From: Polyangiales bacterium
GTDB lineage: Bacteria; Myxococcota_A; Polyangia; Polyangiales; Ga0077539
Length of the DNA stretch: 64,000 nt
Assembly (NCBI GenBank): GCA_044229975.1
Contig: JBGARZ010000022.1
Span: 1-64,000 of the forward strand
Reading direction: 5' to 3'
Of the stretch, positions 29,898-38,845 are shown one piece after another. Both the position numbers and the translations under genes were made by a program. The notes under the pieces are model-generated. The model saw only the letters and a program-made list of their open reading frames with translations. It was not told the DNA's origin and did no database searches. Position 1 is the stretch's first letter. The number at the start of each line of letters is the position of its first letter.

Positions 29898-31103
29898 CTA
29901 CGTCGCCTCGGCGCACCACGCCAACCACGTCGCCACGTGGGCACCCGCCAGCGCCGTCGACCGCGCCAGCACCCCGTCGAGCTCCGCGTCGCTCCACGCG
30001 CGCCCCGCCGCGCCGTCGCGTCCTCGCAGGTGAGCCCGCGCCGTCACCGCGCCCAGGTGCTGCGCCACGCCCGCGAGCTCGCCCGCGTCGACGTCCGCCA
30101 CGTCGACCTTGTCCTCTTGCGGGGAGAGCCGTCGCACCAGCATCGACCGCCGCCCCACCCGCGTCGTCCCCAGCATCCGCGGAACCACCTCCAGGCACCC
30201 GCGCATCGCCGCCACCACCCGCTCGGCGGGCTCGGTCGCAGGGATCGTCACGCCCATCAGCGCCGGCGGATCGAGCGTCTCCTTCAGGTCGAAGATCCAC
30301 TCGCCATCACCGCCGCGACCGCGCGTGAGCACCGCCGCGCGCAGCACCCCGAGGCTGCCGGTGCCCGCCACGCGAAACGCCACGTCCACGACCGACCCCT
30401 CGTCGCCGCCCGGCCGGTGCTCGTCGGGCAGCGCCGCGAGGTAGCGCGCGAAGGCCCGCGTGATCTTCTCGACCCGCTCGTCCGACAGATCGCCGTAGCG
30501 CTCTCCGCGGGTGAAGCGCCGTCGCCCCCGCACCACCGTCGTCCGGTCGGCGAGCATCGACCCGTGCGTCCGAGCGCCCACCTTCTCCACGAGGCGCTGG
30601 ATGTACGCGGGCGGCGCGGGCGTTGGTCCGTCGCCGAAGACGGCGTCGCGCCATGACGTGAGCGCCGCGCGGGCCACGCGCACGGTGCCGTCGCCGTCGA
30701 GGCCGCGCTCCCTCGCGGCGAGCAGGAGGCTGGTGGTGAGCCGCGCGAGGTCGTAGCGCCACGGTCCGACGACGGCGAGGTCGAGGTCGTTGAGGTCGAA
30801 CACCACGCGGTCGCGACGCTTCGCGCGGGCCGCGGTCTCTCCGCGGAAGGCGCCGAAGTTCTCGACGTGGAGGTCGCCGACGATCCAGCCGCCGCCCGGC
30901 GGACCGCCCATCAGGTCGGGGCTGAGCGTCAGCATCCGATCGAAGAGGCCGGCGCTGCCGCGCAGAAACGCGTGCGGCGAGCGGGCCATCCGGGCGCGCT
31001 TGCGGGCGAGGAGCTCAGGCATCTTGCGGGTGGCCGCGCGGTCGGCCTCGTGCTGCCAGCGAGCCAGGGCCACGGGGTCGAGGGTCAGTCGGGTGCGCGC
31101 CAT
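29898..31103 (-). CDS. DUF2252 family protein (kinase-like)
   Basis: MARSPHAFLRGSA, GDLHVENFG, FDLNDLD, RVAGTGSLG. Confidence 0.88.
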   Translation of the reverse strand: MARTRLTLDPVALARWQHEADRAATRKMPELLARKRARMARSPHAFLRGSAGLFDRMLTLSPDLMGGPPGGGWIVGDLHVENFGAFRGETAARAKRRDRVVFDLNDLDLAVVGPWRYDLARLTTSLLLAARERGLDGDGTVRVARAALTSWRDAVFGDGPTPAPPAYIQRLVEKVGARTHGSMLADRTTVVRGRRRFTRGERYGDLSDERVEKITRAFARYLAALPDEHRPGGDEGSVVDVAFRVAGTGSLGVLRAAVLTRGRGGDGEWIFDLKETLDPPALMGVTIPATEPAERVVAAMRGCLEVVPRMLGTTRVGRRSMLVRRLSPQEDKVDVADVDAGELAGVAQHLGAVTARAHLRGRDGAAGRAWSDAELDGVLARSTALAGAHVATWLAWCAEAT

Positions 31104-31239
31104 CGGTGGATCCTTTGCCTCCGCAACGACCTGACACCACCGAACCCGTCGTCCGCAAGGGTCATGACGGAAGCGTCCGTTGCTGGCGGTCGGGGTCGCT
31201 GGTCGGCTACATCACGGCCTCCCCCCGCTGGTCACCCTC

Positions 31240-31995
31240 ATGCGCTCTCGCCTCGCCCTCGCCGCTCTCACGACGCTCTGGTGCGGCTGTGCGTTTGGCG
31301 TCGCCCCCGACTTCCACGACGTCGGACCACCCAATGAGTTCGCGCCCGCGGCTGACCGACCGTCGCCCGTCATCGATGTGCGCGACGTCCCCGATGCGCC
31401 CGACGTCGCCGACGTCACCGACGTGCAGCTTCCTCGCTTCGACCTCGGCGACCCGATGGACGTCGTCGTCCCGGTCGACCGCCCCGTCGTCGTCATGGAC
31501 GTGCCCCCGACCGACCTCGGCTGCGCCGTCACGCCGGGCCGTGACTGCGCGCCCGGCGAGCGTCGCGTGTGCGGCAACTGCGGCACCCAGGAGTGCAGCT
31601 CGGCCTGCACCTGGTCGGCCTGCACCGGCGGTGGCACCTGCGCCGCTGGCACCACCCGCACCCAACCCTGCGGCAACTGCGGAACCCAATCCCAACGCTG
31701 CTCGGCCACCTGCGCGTGGGAGTCCGTGGGCACCTGCTCGGGCAGCGGCGCGTGCGCGCCCGGCGCGACGCAGGGCGGCGGGTGTGACCCGTGCTCGCAG
31801 CAGGTCTGCCAGTCCAACTGCACCTGGGGCGGCTGCGCGCTGCGGCCGGGCAACGGGTGCGAGTACCAGGCAGGGCGCCATCACCGCGCCTGCGGGGCGT
31901 GCCGGTGCGGGCTCCAGTTCTGTCTCAACAGTTGTCAGTGGAGCACGAGCTGCGTCTCCTGCTGCACCACCTGCGGCGGGTGTCAGGCGCCCTGA
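31240..31995 (+). CDS. Cys-rich repeat lipoprotein
   Basis: Repeated CGNCGTQxCSxxCxW units after a DVP linker. Confidence 0.75.
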   Translation: MRSRLALAALTTLWCGCAFGVAPDFHDVGPPNEFAPAADRPSPVIDVRDVPDAPDVADVTDVQLPRFDLGDPMDVVVPVDRPVVVMDVPPTDLGCAVTPGRDCAPGERRVCGNCGTQECSSACTWSACTGGGTCAAGTTRTQPCGNCGTQSQRCSATCAWESVGTCSGSGACAPGATQGGGCDPCSQQVCQSNCTWGGCALRPGNGCEYQAGRHHRACGACRCGLQFCLNSCQWSTSCVSCCTTCGGCQAP

Positions 31996-32054
31996 ACGGC
32001 ATCGCGCACTTTCCCCGATGGACGCCCCCGCGTCGGAGATGACAACCTCCGCGT

Positions 32055-32984
32055 TTGATGCCCGACCTCCTCGATCACCTCGTCACGGCTGACCCGACAG
32101 CGCTGACGTGTTTCACCCTCGAAGAGTGGTGGCCGCTCATGACGAAGGTCGGCTCGGCCTTCGAAGACGCCATCGATCGAACCATCGTGTCGGGCTTCGC
32201 CGCCGACCGCCTCGGGTGGGCCTTCGCGTCGGGCTACCACCATGCGTTGCGGCGGCTGGTTCCGGGTCTGCGCACGGGCGACCCGGTCGCGCTCGCGGCC
32301 ACCGAGGACGGCGGCGGCCACCCGCGAGCCATCATCTCCACGCTGCGCCCCTCCGACGACGGCGGCTTCGTCCTCGACGGAACCAAGCGCTTCGTCACCC
32401 TCGGCCGCTACGCCCGTCGCCTGCTCGTGGTCGCCTCCACCGGCACCACCGCTGCGGGACAGAACCAGCTCCGCCTCGTGCGGGTGAGCCCCGACGCGCC
32501 CGGCCTCACGCTGAGCGACCTCCCTCCGACGCCCTTCGCGCCGGAGATCGAGCACGCGCAGGCGGTGTTCGTCGCAGTGCGCGTCTCAGCCGACGACGTG
32601 CTGCCGGGGGACGGCTACGAGCGCTACCTCAAGCCCTTCCGCACGCTCGAAGACCTCCACGTGCTCGGCGCCGCGCTCGGTCATCTCGTGGCGATGGGCC
32701 GCCGTCGCCATTGGCCCGAGCCCTTCTGCGAAGACGCGCTGGCGGCGGCGTGTGCGGTGCGTTCGCTCGTGGTCGAGCCGCCGGCGAGCGCGGCCACGCA
32801 CCTCGCGCTGGGGGGCCTGCTGCGCACCGTCGGTCAGCTCGTGTCGGTCGCGGACGCGCAGCTCGCGGGCGTCGCCGACGACGAGGCCGCGCGGTGGACG
32901 CGCGACCGCGGCATCTTGAAGGTGGCCGATCGGGTGAGGGCGATGCGCCTGGAAGCGGCCTGGAAGATCGTCGGCCGGCGCTGA
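32055..32984 (+). CDS. Acyl-CoA dehydrogenase-like protein (short form)
   Basis: ALAATEDGGGHPRAI, LDGTKRFVT, GDGYERYLKPFRTLED. Confidence 0.8.
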   Translation: MMPDLLDHLVTADPTALTCFTLEEWWPLMTKVGSAFEDAIDRTIVSGFAADRLGWAFASGYHHALRRLVPGLRTGDPVALAATEDGGGHPRAIISTLRPSDDGGFVLDGTKRFVTLGRYARRLLVVASTGTTAAGQNQLRLVRVSPDAPGLTLSDLPPTPFAPEIEHAQAVFVAVRVSADDVLPGDGYERYLKPFRTLEDLHVLGAALGHLVAMGRRRHWPEPFCEDALAAACAVRSLVVEPPASAATHLALGGLLRTVGQLVSVADAQLAGVADDEAARWTRDRGILKVADRVRAMRLEAAWKIVGRR

Positions 32985-32989
32985 TTCAG

Positions 32990-33226
32990 GCGGCGGCGGA
33001 GTTCGCGTGCCGCCCATGGGTCGGAGTGCGGTCGCTCACTCCGGGCTATTTCACGTGGTCACCTCGCTGCGCGAGGTTGCAGGGACTCACAACCGACCAT
33101 GGATGGTCGATGGGTTGTTCATTGAAACCAACGCTGCAACCTCGCGCAGCGAGGTGACCACGTGAAGTAGCCCGGAGTGAGCGACCGCACTGCGACTCAT
33201 GGGCGGCACGCGAACTCCGCCGCCGC
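32990..33226. mobile_element. Long inverted-repeat element (MITE/REPIN-like): 93-bp arms, 51-bp spacer
   Basis: 32990-33082 is the reverse complement of 33134-33226 with 3 mismatches. Mobility is inferred. Confidence 0.6.
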
Positions 33227-33239
33227 TCCGAGCAGTCTC

Positions 33240-35348
33240 CTACGAGCACTCCCCGAGGGAGCTGCCGTTGATCTGGATGCTCACGCCGTTGATGGAGCGT
33301 GAGGTGCAGCAGTCGTCGATGTGGGTCAGCACGATGCGGTTGCGGCCCGTCACGAGGAAGCGCGACAGGTCGGTGGTGGCGCCGTCCGAGCCGAGCAGCA
33401 CGTACGACGACGGGTCGACGATGCCCGCCGGGTAGCGCGAGTTGTGCACCGTGATGCGAACGCCATCATCGACGGAGCCAATGCGCACGATGAGGCTCGA
33501 CACCGCGTAGCCCGCCGGGATGTCGAAGAAGGTCTGGAAGAACGTGAACTCCCCGCCGTTGAGGCACGTGCACACGCGCCCGCACAGCGCCGACCCCTCC
33601 GAGAACCCGATGTCCGTACGCTCCACCGGCGTCCACGACCCGTCGGCCTCGTTGGGAATCGACGCCAGCTCGTACTCGCCCGCGTCGCCGTGCACCGAAA
33701 ACGTCCGACCGAAGCACACCGGCCCGCTCGCGCGGCTGATCTGCCAGGGCGACCCCGAGGCCGTGAGGCACGGCAGGCAGCCGGTGTTCACCTCGCCCAC
33801 GCACGCACCCCAGTTCGAGGCGCCGCCCGAGGCCGTGCAGGTCTGCGTGCCGCCGTGGCAGCGCCCGACGCCCTCGGTGCCCGCCGCGCCCGTGTAGCAG
33901 GGGCGCGTGGTGGTCGCGACGCACGCGCAGCGCGTACCCGCCCCCGAGCACGATCGATCGACGCCGTCGCAGGTGTCCGTCGTGGGCGTCACCTCGCCGT
34001 CGCAGCCGCCCCACGCCGACGTGCTCCCGCTCACGATGCACTGTTGGGTGCCCGCGCGGCAGAGGCCCACGCCATTCGTCGAGGGGAGCCCGCTGTAACA
34101 AGACCGCGTCGCCCCCGCGAGGCAGGTGCACGACGCGGTGCTGCCCGTGCACGCGCGGTCGACGCCGTCGCAGCGGTCGGCCACCGGGGTGACCTCGCCC
34201 TCGCACGCGCCCCACACCGAGCCGGCGCCGGTGAAGAGGCAGCGCTGCGTTCCGCCGCGGCAGAGGCCGACGCCCCGTGTCCCGGCCGGGCCCGAGTAGC
34301 ACTCGCGCATCGTGCCGGTGGTGCACGCGCAGGGCGACGTGGTGCCCGTGCACGAGCGATCGACGCCGTCGCAGGTGTCGCTCGTCGGCGTGACCTCGCC
34401 CACGCACGCGCCCCACGCCGTGCGCCCCGACTCGGTGCGCCCGCACACCTGCGAGCCCGCGCGGCAGGCGCCCACGCCCATCGTCGCCGGTGCGCCCGTG
34501 TAGCAGGAGCGACTGCGCCCGAGGATGCAGTCGCAGTCGGCTTCGGGCATGCCGTTGCAGGCGCGGTCGACGCCGTCGCACTGGCTCGTGGTCGGGGTGA
34601 CCTCGCCCTCGCACGCGCCCCACACGGCGCCGGTGGCGGTCATCGTGCAGGTGGAGGTTCCGGCGCGGCAGGCGCCCCGACCGGCGGTGCCCGCGGCCCC
34701 CGAGTAGCACGAGCGGGTCATGCCCGGCGTGCACGCGCAGCCCTCGTCGATGACGCCGTTGCAGCGCCAATCGCGCCCCTCACCACAGCGCACCATCTGG
34801 GGCGAGCCCGCGCCCATGCACGCGCTCCACGTCCCGAACTCGCCGGTGCCCATGCACTGCTGCATCCCGAAGTTGCAGACGCCGCGTCCGGCCTCGGCGG
34901 GAGCGCCCGGGTAGCACCGCTGGCTCTGACCTGGGAGGCACGGGCACGACTCGTCGAGGCGACCGTCGCAGTTGTCGTCGAGGCCGTTGTTGCAGATCTC
35001 CATCGGCACGCAGCCCGTGACGGGCGGGCTCACGACGGCGCCGTCGGGGAGCTGCACCGCGCCGTCGCCGAGCACCACGCTGCCGTCGGGGTAGCCCGCG
35101 GCGCCGTCGGTGGGCGCGACGCTTCCGTCGTTGGGGGTGACGCCGCCGCCGTCCATGGTCGACGCGCCGTCGGTGGGAGCGCCCGCCTCGCGGTCGGCGC
35201 GGCCGTTGGCGTCGGTGCGGCCGAGGTCGGTGCCGGTGCCTCCATCGCCGGGGTCGTGCACCGCGTAGTCCGAGTCGAAACAGCCCCCGAGGGAGAGCGC
35301 CACGAACCACAAGGCCCACCATCGCGACGACATCGGCAAGTACCTCAC
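33240..35348 (-). CDS. Cys-rich repeat lipoprotein (MopE-related / myxobacterial Cys repeats)
   Basis: EICNNGLDDNCDG and about six CYxGxxGTxGxGxCRAGTQxC...WGACxGEVTP...CDGVD repeats. Confidence 0.85.
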   Translation of the reverse strand: MRYLPMSSRWWALWFVALSLGGCFDSDYAVHDPGDGGTGTDLGRTDANGRADREAGAPTDGASTMDGGGVTPNDGSVAPTDGAAGYPDGSVVLGDGAVQLPDGAVVSPPVTGCVPMEICNNGLDDNCDGRLDESCPCLPGQSQRCYPGAPAEAGRGVCNFGMQQCMGTGEFGTWSACMGAGSPQMVRCGEGRDWRCNGVIDEGCACTPGMTRSCYSGAAGTAGRGACRAGTSTCTMTATGAVWGACEGEVTPTTSQCDGVDRACNGMPEADCDCILGRSRSCYTGAPATMGVGACRAGSQVCGRTESGRTAWGACVGEVTPTSDTCDGVDRSCTGTTSPCACTTGTMRECYSGPAGTRGVGLCRGGTQRCLFTGAGSVWGACEGEVTPVADRCDGVDRACTGSTASCTCLAGATRSCYSGLPSTNGVGLCRAGTQQCIVSGSTSAWGGCDGEVTPTTDTCDGVDRSCSGAGTRCACVATTTRPCYTGAAGTEGVGRCHGGTQTCTASGGASNWGACVGEVNTGCLPCLTASGSPWQISRASGPVCFGRTFSVHGDAGEYELASIPNEADGSWTPVERTDIGFSEGSALCGRVCTCLNGGEFTFFQTFFDIPAGYAVSSLIVRIGSVDDGVRITVHNSRYPAGIVDPSSYVLLGSDGATTDLSRFLVTGRNRIVLTHIDDCCTSRSINGVSIQINGSSLGECS

Positions 35349-35418
35349 TGGGGCCGATGGTAGGCACGCCTCGCCAACGCGCGAAACCTACGAGCGCGCG
35401 ATGGTGACGGGTGGGATC

Positions 35419-35575
35419 TACGCCGCGGCGTCCACGCGGGGCACACCGGTCGGGCCCGCAGTGCGCGGGTCCTACGCCGCGGCGTAGGGCAAGCGCAGTG
35501 GTCGGGTTCCTCCTCACCGGGCCTACGCCGCGGCGTCAGCGCGGCGCGCGCCGGTCGGGCCCGCAGTGCGCGAGG
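35419..35575 (+). repeat. Three degenerate copies of the 53-54 bp REP-like unit
   Basis: tacgccgcggcgt palindrome three times, with ccggtcgggcccgcagt; same unit as 43541-44341. Confidence 0.85.
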
Positions 35576-35621
35576 CCACACTGCCAGTCCCGCTCGCACG
35601 AAGCGGCCCTACGTTGGGCTC

Positions 35622-35954
35622 ATGAGCAGCGAAACCAACGCGGTGACCTGGAAGGACGGCTCCCGGTGGAGCACGGGGGCGGGCGTATTCCGACGACTGA
35701 CCGGACGGCTCGACGGGCTGCGCGACACGGTGGTGGGCTTGGGGCCGGTGCTCGATCGGTGGAAGGCACGGGGCGCGGGGGCCGTCGACGTGGACGACTT
35801 CGCGCCGACGGAGGACGACCGCGCAGTGCTGACCGCGGCGCTGGCGCGGGTGGTCGAGGACGACGACGGGGACGCGAGCGAGGAGGGGAGGGCGGTGGGC
35901 ACCGAGGCGCGGGCGCTGCACGAGTTGTTCATGACGGATGTGACGAAGGGGTAG
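35622..35954 (+). CDS. Hypothetical protein
   Basis: 110 aa ORF whose stop lies inside the truncated attC. Confidence 0.55.
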   Translation: MSSETNAVTWKDGSRWSTGAGVFRRLTGRLDGLRDTVVGLGPVLDRWKARGAGAVDVDDFAPTEDDRAVLTAALARVVEDDDGDASEEGRAVGTEARALHELFMTDVTKG

Positions 35955-35995
35955 CGGCGGAGGCGGGGGCAGTCGGCACCAGCGGCTTGTTGGGC
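35941..35995 (-). other. Truncated attC site (R''-L'' half only)
   Basis: Minus strand GCCCAACAAGCCGCTGGTGCCGACTGC; the L'/R' half is missing. Confidence 0.75.
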
Positions 35996-36041
35996 GGGGC
36001 TCCACTCTGTCCCGAAGGCATCCTCAAAACCGAGGCGTTCG

Positions 36042-36479
36042 TCAGCCTGCAACGTCGGGTTCGGGAGAATCCACCACGAGATCCGGATGAAGAGTGTGCG
36101 TTTCCCAGAAGTAGGGGTGTTCCCGAAGGACCGGCGTTGGCTTGATGGTCCGCTGTGCGGGGCGCATGCGACTCTTGAATCGCTCGTCGATGGGTGTGAC
36201 AGCTGCGCGAAGGCGCGCTGCTGTCTCGGCGCTTGCATGCTCGATGGAGAGTTGAATCCATACGCGGCAGCCAATCTCGTGGTTGTACTCGGATGGGTCC
36301 CAGTTCGACCAGTCGGTGTCCACGAACTGAGCCCACTGGGAGAAGTGGTCATGGAGTGTCGCTCCAACGTATGCGTCTACAAGAGTCGGGTGCTCGCCCC
36401 AGCGCTGAATCGCCACTCGAATTGCGGCCAGGTCGGTCAGGGTAATCGACACGTCGAACTCTGGTTCTCGTACTTGCAC
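36042..36479 (-). CDS. Integron cassette 6 gene, hypothetical
   Basis: Single ORF between two attC sites; GTG start just after the R' box. Confidence 0.65.
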   Translation of the reverse strand: MQVREPEFDVSITLTDLAAIRVAIQRWGEHPTLVDAYVGATLHDHFSQWAQFVDTDWSNWDPSEYNHEIGCRVWIQLSIEHASAETAARLRAAVTPIDERFKSRMRPAQRTIKPTPVLREHPYFWETHTLHPDLVVDSPEPDVAG

Positions 36480-36494
36480 CGTTGCCTCGATTTT

Positions 36495-36585
36495 GCCTGA
36501 TGGCTGGCCGCCGCGCCGCCGCAGCGGACGCGACGGGGTAGTGGCGGGTGAAGCGACCGCGGTCGGCACCATCGGCTTGTTGGGC
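36495..36585 (-). other. attC site (degenerate R')
   Basis: 91 bp; R'' GCCCAAC, R' decayed to ATCAGGC. Confidence 0.8.
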
Positions 36586-36597
36586 AGGGCGCGCATC

Positions 36598-37116
36598 TCA
36601 AGTCTCGGCGACCGCTGGGAGAGCATTGAAGTCCCTGATCGACGACTCGACCAGATTCGCCAGAGCGATCCATTCACCTGGGACAATCGCACCGTGCCAC
36701 GACAATCGCGATCTCGCTTGCCCTACAAATGCAGCCACCTCGTAGCGCACTCCGTCGCAGGCTTCTGCCGGTATTCGTTGTGTTCGTATGGGGACCAAAA
36801 GACCGTCAATCGATCCCACCAACTTCTCGACGATCTCCGGGTCGATCATCACCCGAGAAAATCCAAAAACGAAGTCGTCCTCGGGCTCTGCGGAAAGAGA
36901 ACGGTACAGCCGCAGTACATCCTCTCTGTAGATTTCATAGCATACGGTAGGTTCGAACGAGGGTCTATATACAAGTTGAAGCAGGCGTTCGCCCGAGCCA
37001 GGAAAGCACCACCATTCGTCGTGGATATGCCTCGGCGTGGTCGTCGCGATCCGCTTCTCGCTCTCGAACTCCGCGAGGCGCCTCTCAAGTTTTCGCTGCG
37101 CCTTAGTACTCGGCAT
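36598..37116 (-). CDS. Integron cassette 5 gene, hypothetical
   Basis: 172 aa, lower GC, stops just before attC; RPSFEP...CDGVRYE. Confidence 0.75.
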   Translation of the reverse strand: MPSTKAQRKLERRLAEFESEKRIATTTPRHIHDEWWCFPGSGERLLQLVYRPSFEPTVCYEIYREDVLRLYRSLSAEPEDDFVFGFSRVMIDPEIVEKLVGSIDGLLVPIRTQRIPAEACDGVRYEVAAFVGQARSRLSWHGAIVPGEWIALANLVESSIRDFNALPAVAET

Positions 37117-37195
37117 CGCTACTCTCCCAATCTACTGCCGTCCCGCAGGCAGAGCGATCTCATGGGACGCCTACAATCGGCGGCGACGAGGCTCC

Positions 37196-37286
37196 GCCCA
37201 ACGGCAGGCCTCTGTGCCGCCGCAGCGGGCACGGCTGGTTGGCAGAGGGTGAATGGGGAGCGGTCGGCACCATCGGCTTGTTGGGC
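37196..37286 (-). other. attC site
   Basis: 91 bp; GCCCAAC...GTTGGGC. Confidence 0.9.
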
Positions 37287-37313
37287 TCACCGCTCTTTGG
37301 TAGGCTCCCCGAC

Positions 37314-37508
37314 ATGACTGCCAGGAAGATCGAAAACCGCCTCCCCGACGACCACCCCGCCTTGTTGGCTGCACGGCGTGCCCCGATCGAGTCCGAAACG
37401 GATGAGGAACGTGAGGTGGTCGAGGCTGCGATGAACTCGGGACAACTCGTGCCTGGGTCGATCGTGACGGCGGAACTCGCGCGGCGCGCACGTCGGCCCC
37501 ATGGCTGA
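37314..37508 (+). CDS. Putative antitoxin (cassette 4)
   Basis: 64 aa acidic ORF overlapping the downstream RelE-like gene. Confidence 0.6.
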   Translation: MTARKIENRLPDDHPALLAARRAPIESETDEEREVVEAAMNSGQLVPGSIVTAELARRARRPHG

Positions 37509-37746
37509 TTTGGAGATTCTCTGGACCCCCGCTGCGATCTGGGCGCTCCGCAGCTTTCACTGGCGTGAGGGCGAAGTCATTGACGCCGCTGTGCAGAAGT
37601 TTGCTCGGACGGGCGAGGGGCATGTGACTCGAATTGACGGGTCGCTGAGCCGGATGCGCCTCTACGTGCCGCCATTCACCGTGCGGTTCAGCCTGGACCA
37701 AGACAAGGGCGTACTCGTGGTCGCTTGGGTGTGGCGACAAGACTGA
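37501..37746 (+). CDS. RelE/ParE-like toxin (cassette 4)
   Basis: ILWTPAAIWAL...IDAAVQKFARTGEGHV...RLYVPPFTVRF...VLVVAWV fits the RelE layout. Confidence 0.65.
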   Translation: MADLEILWTPAAIWALRSFHWREGEVIDAAVQKFARTGEGHVTRIDGSLSRMRLYVPPFTVRFSLDQDKGVLVVAWVWRQD

Positions 37747-37903
37747 CGAGCAGGCTGTCGATGCCCTGGCCTCGCCGCTCGGTGCTTGGTTTGTCGTCAT
37801 CCCGCTGCCCTCGTTGATCGCAGCCCGCTGTCCGCAGTCGACTGCCTGTTGCTCGTTGACCGCGACTCGCAGCTTGCTCTTCCACAGCCCGTCGCTCGTC
37901 GCT

Positions 37904-37994
37904 GCCCAACGGCCTGCCGATGTGCCGCCGCAACGGGTGCAGCGGGTTGGTGGTGGGTGAAGCGGGAGCGGTCGGCACCATCGGCTTGTTAGAT
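37904..37994 (-). other. attC site
   Basis: 91 bp; R'' ATCTAAC, L'' CCGATGGTGCCG / L' CGGCACATCGG, R' GTTGGGC. Confidence 0.93.
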
Positions 37995-38153
37995 GTGCCG
38001 GATATCGCTCGCCGCTCACCCGTTTGCCGGAACCCGTTACTCGTCGTCTCGTCTGTCGCCTCGGCCGTTGTCACGCCACTGCTCTCACTGGCCGATGCAT
38101 GGAGTCTTTGGGAGAGATTGCTGATTGCAGGCCGGAGAGGTGACACAGCATGG

Positions 38154-38429
38154 CTACACTCGATACTCCAGCCCAAGGAGATTCATCGCCTCTTTCAATG
38201 CGATCGGTCTAGCGGCCTTCGTCTGCTCATCAACGAAGAGAAAGTTACTTGTACCAAGCGGCATATACGCCATGTCGCGATCCACCGTCCAACGAGCGTC
38301 AGCGTATGGAGCGACCCAACCGCCCTCTACCTTGGTGTAGTCCTCCTTCCGCGTCGCGAGCCTGTCATCGATATAGTCCACTCGGCCCAGAGCTTCTTCA
38401 GCAAGTCGATACGCCTCGTCTACATCCAT
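38154..38429 (-). CDS. Cassette 3 gene, YrhB/Imm35-like small protein
   Basis: MDVDEAYRLAEEAL...GWVAPY...PLGTSNFLFVDEQT resembles the YrhB/Imm35 pattern. Confidence 0.5.
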   Translation of the reverse strand: MDVDEAYRLAEEALGRVDYIDDRLATRKEDYTKVEGGWVAPYADARWTVDRDMAYMPLGTSNFLFVDEQTKAARPIALKEAMNLLGLEYRV

Positions 38430-38719
38430 CACGGCACCTCGTCCCTTGACTCCCTCACAAGCCCCACGACCGCTCTTCACACACCGCGTGAGGCGTATTT
38501 CTTCCTCGCCTTTTCCAAATAGATGCACCAGACGTCACCGCCGGCCGCCTGCTCGCTGGGGTCTTTCGTCGTTCGTCGTCTGGACCGTTGTCACGCCGCT
38601 TTCCTCATTGACCGATGCTCGCGGTCGCCACTCGTTGTCCGTTGCCCACAGCCCATTGCTCGTTGGCCGTGGCCCAATCGTTGCCTTTTCGCCGCCCGTA
38701 GCTCGCTGCCCTGTGCTCT

Positions 38720-38810
38720 ATCTAACGACTGGCCGATGTGCCGCCGCAGCAGACGCGGCGGGGTGGTAGTGGGTGAGGTGGCGGCGGTCGGCACCATCGG
38801 CTTGTTGGAC
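38720..38810 (-). other. attC site
   Basis: 91 bp; R'' GTCCAAC, R' GTTAGAT. Confidence 0.93.
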
Positions 38811-38845
38811 ATCTCGGCAGACGCGGGGTGTATGTTTGCAGCCAG

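Noticed and set aside
33240..35348. About 210-bp DNA repeats as a separate repeat element
   Set aside because: They are explained by in-frame Cys-rich protein repeats.
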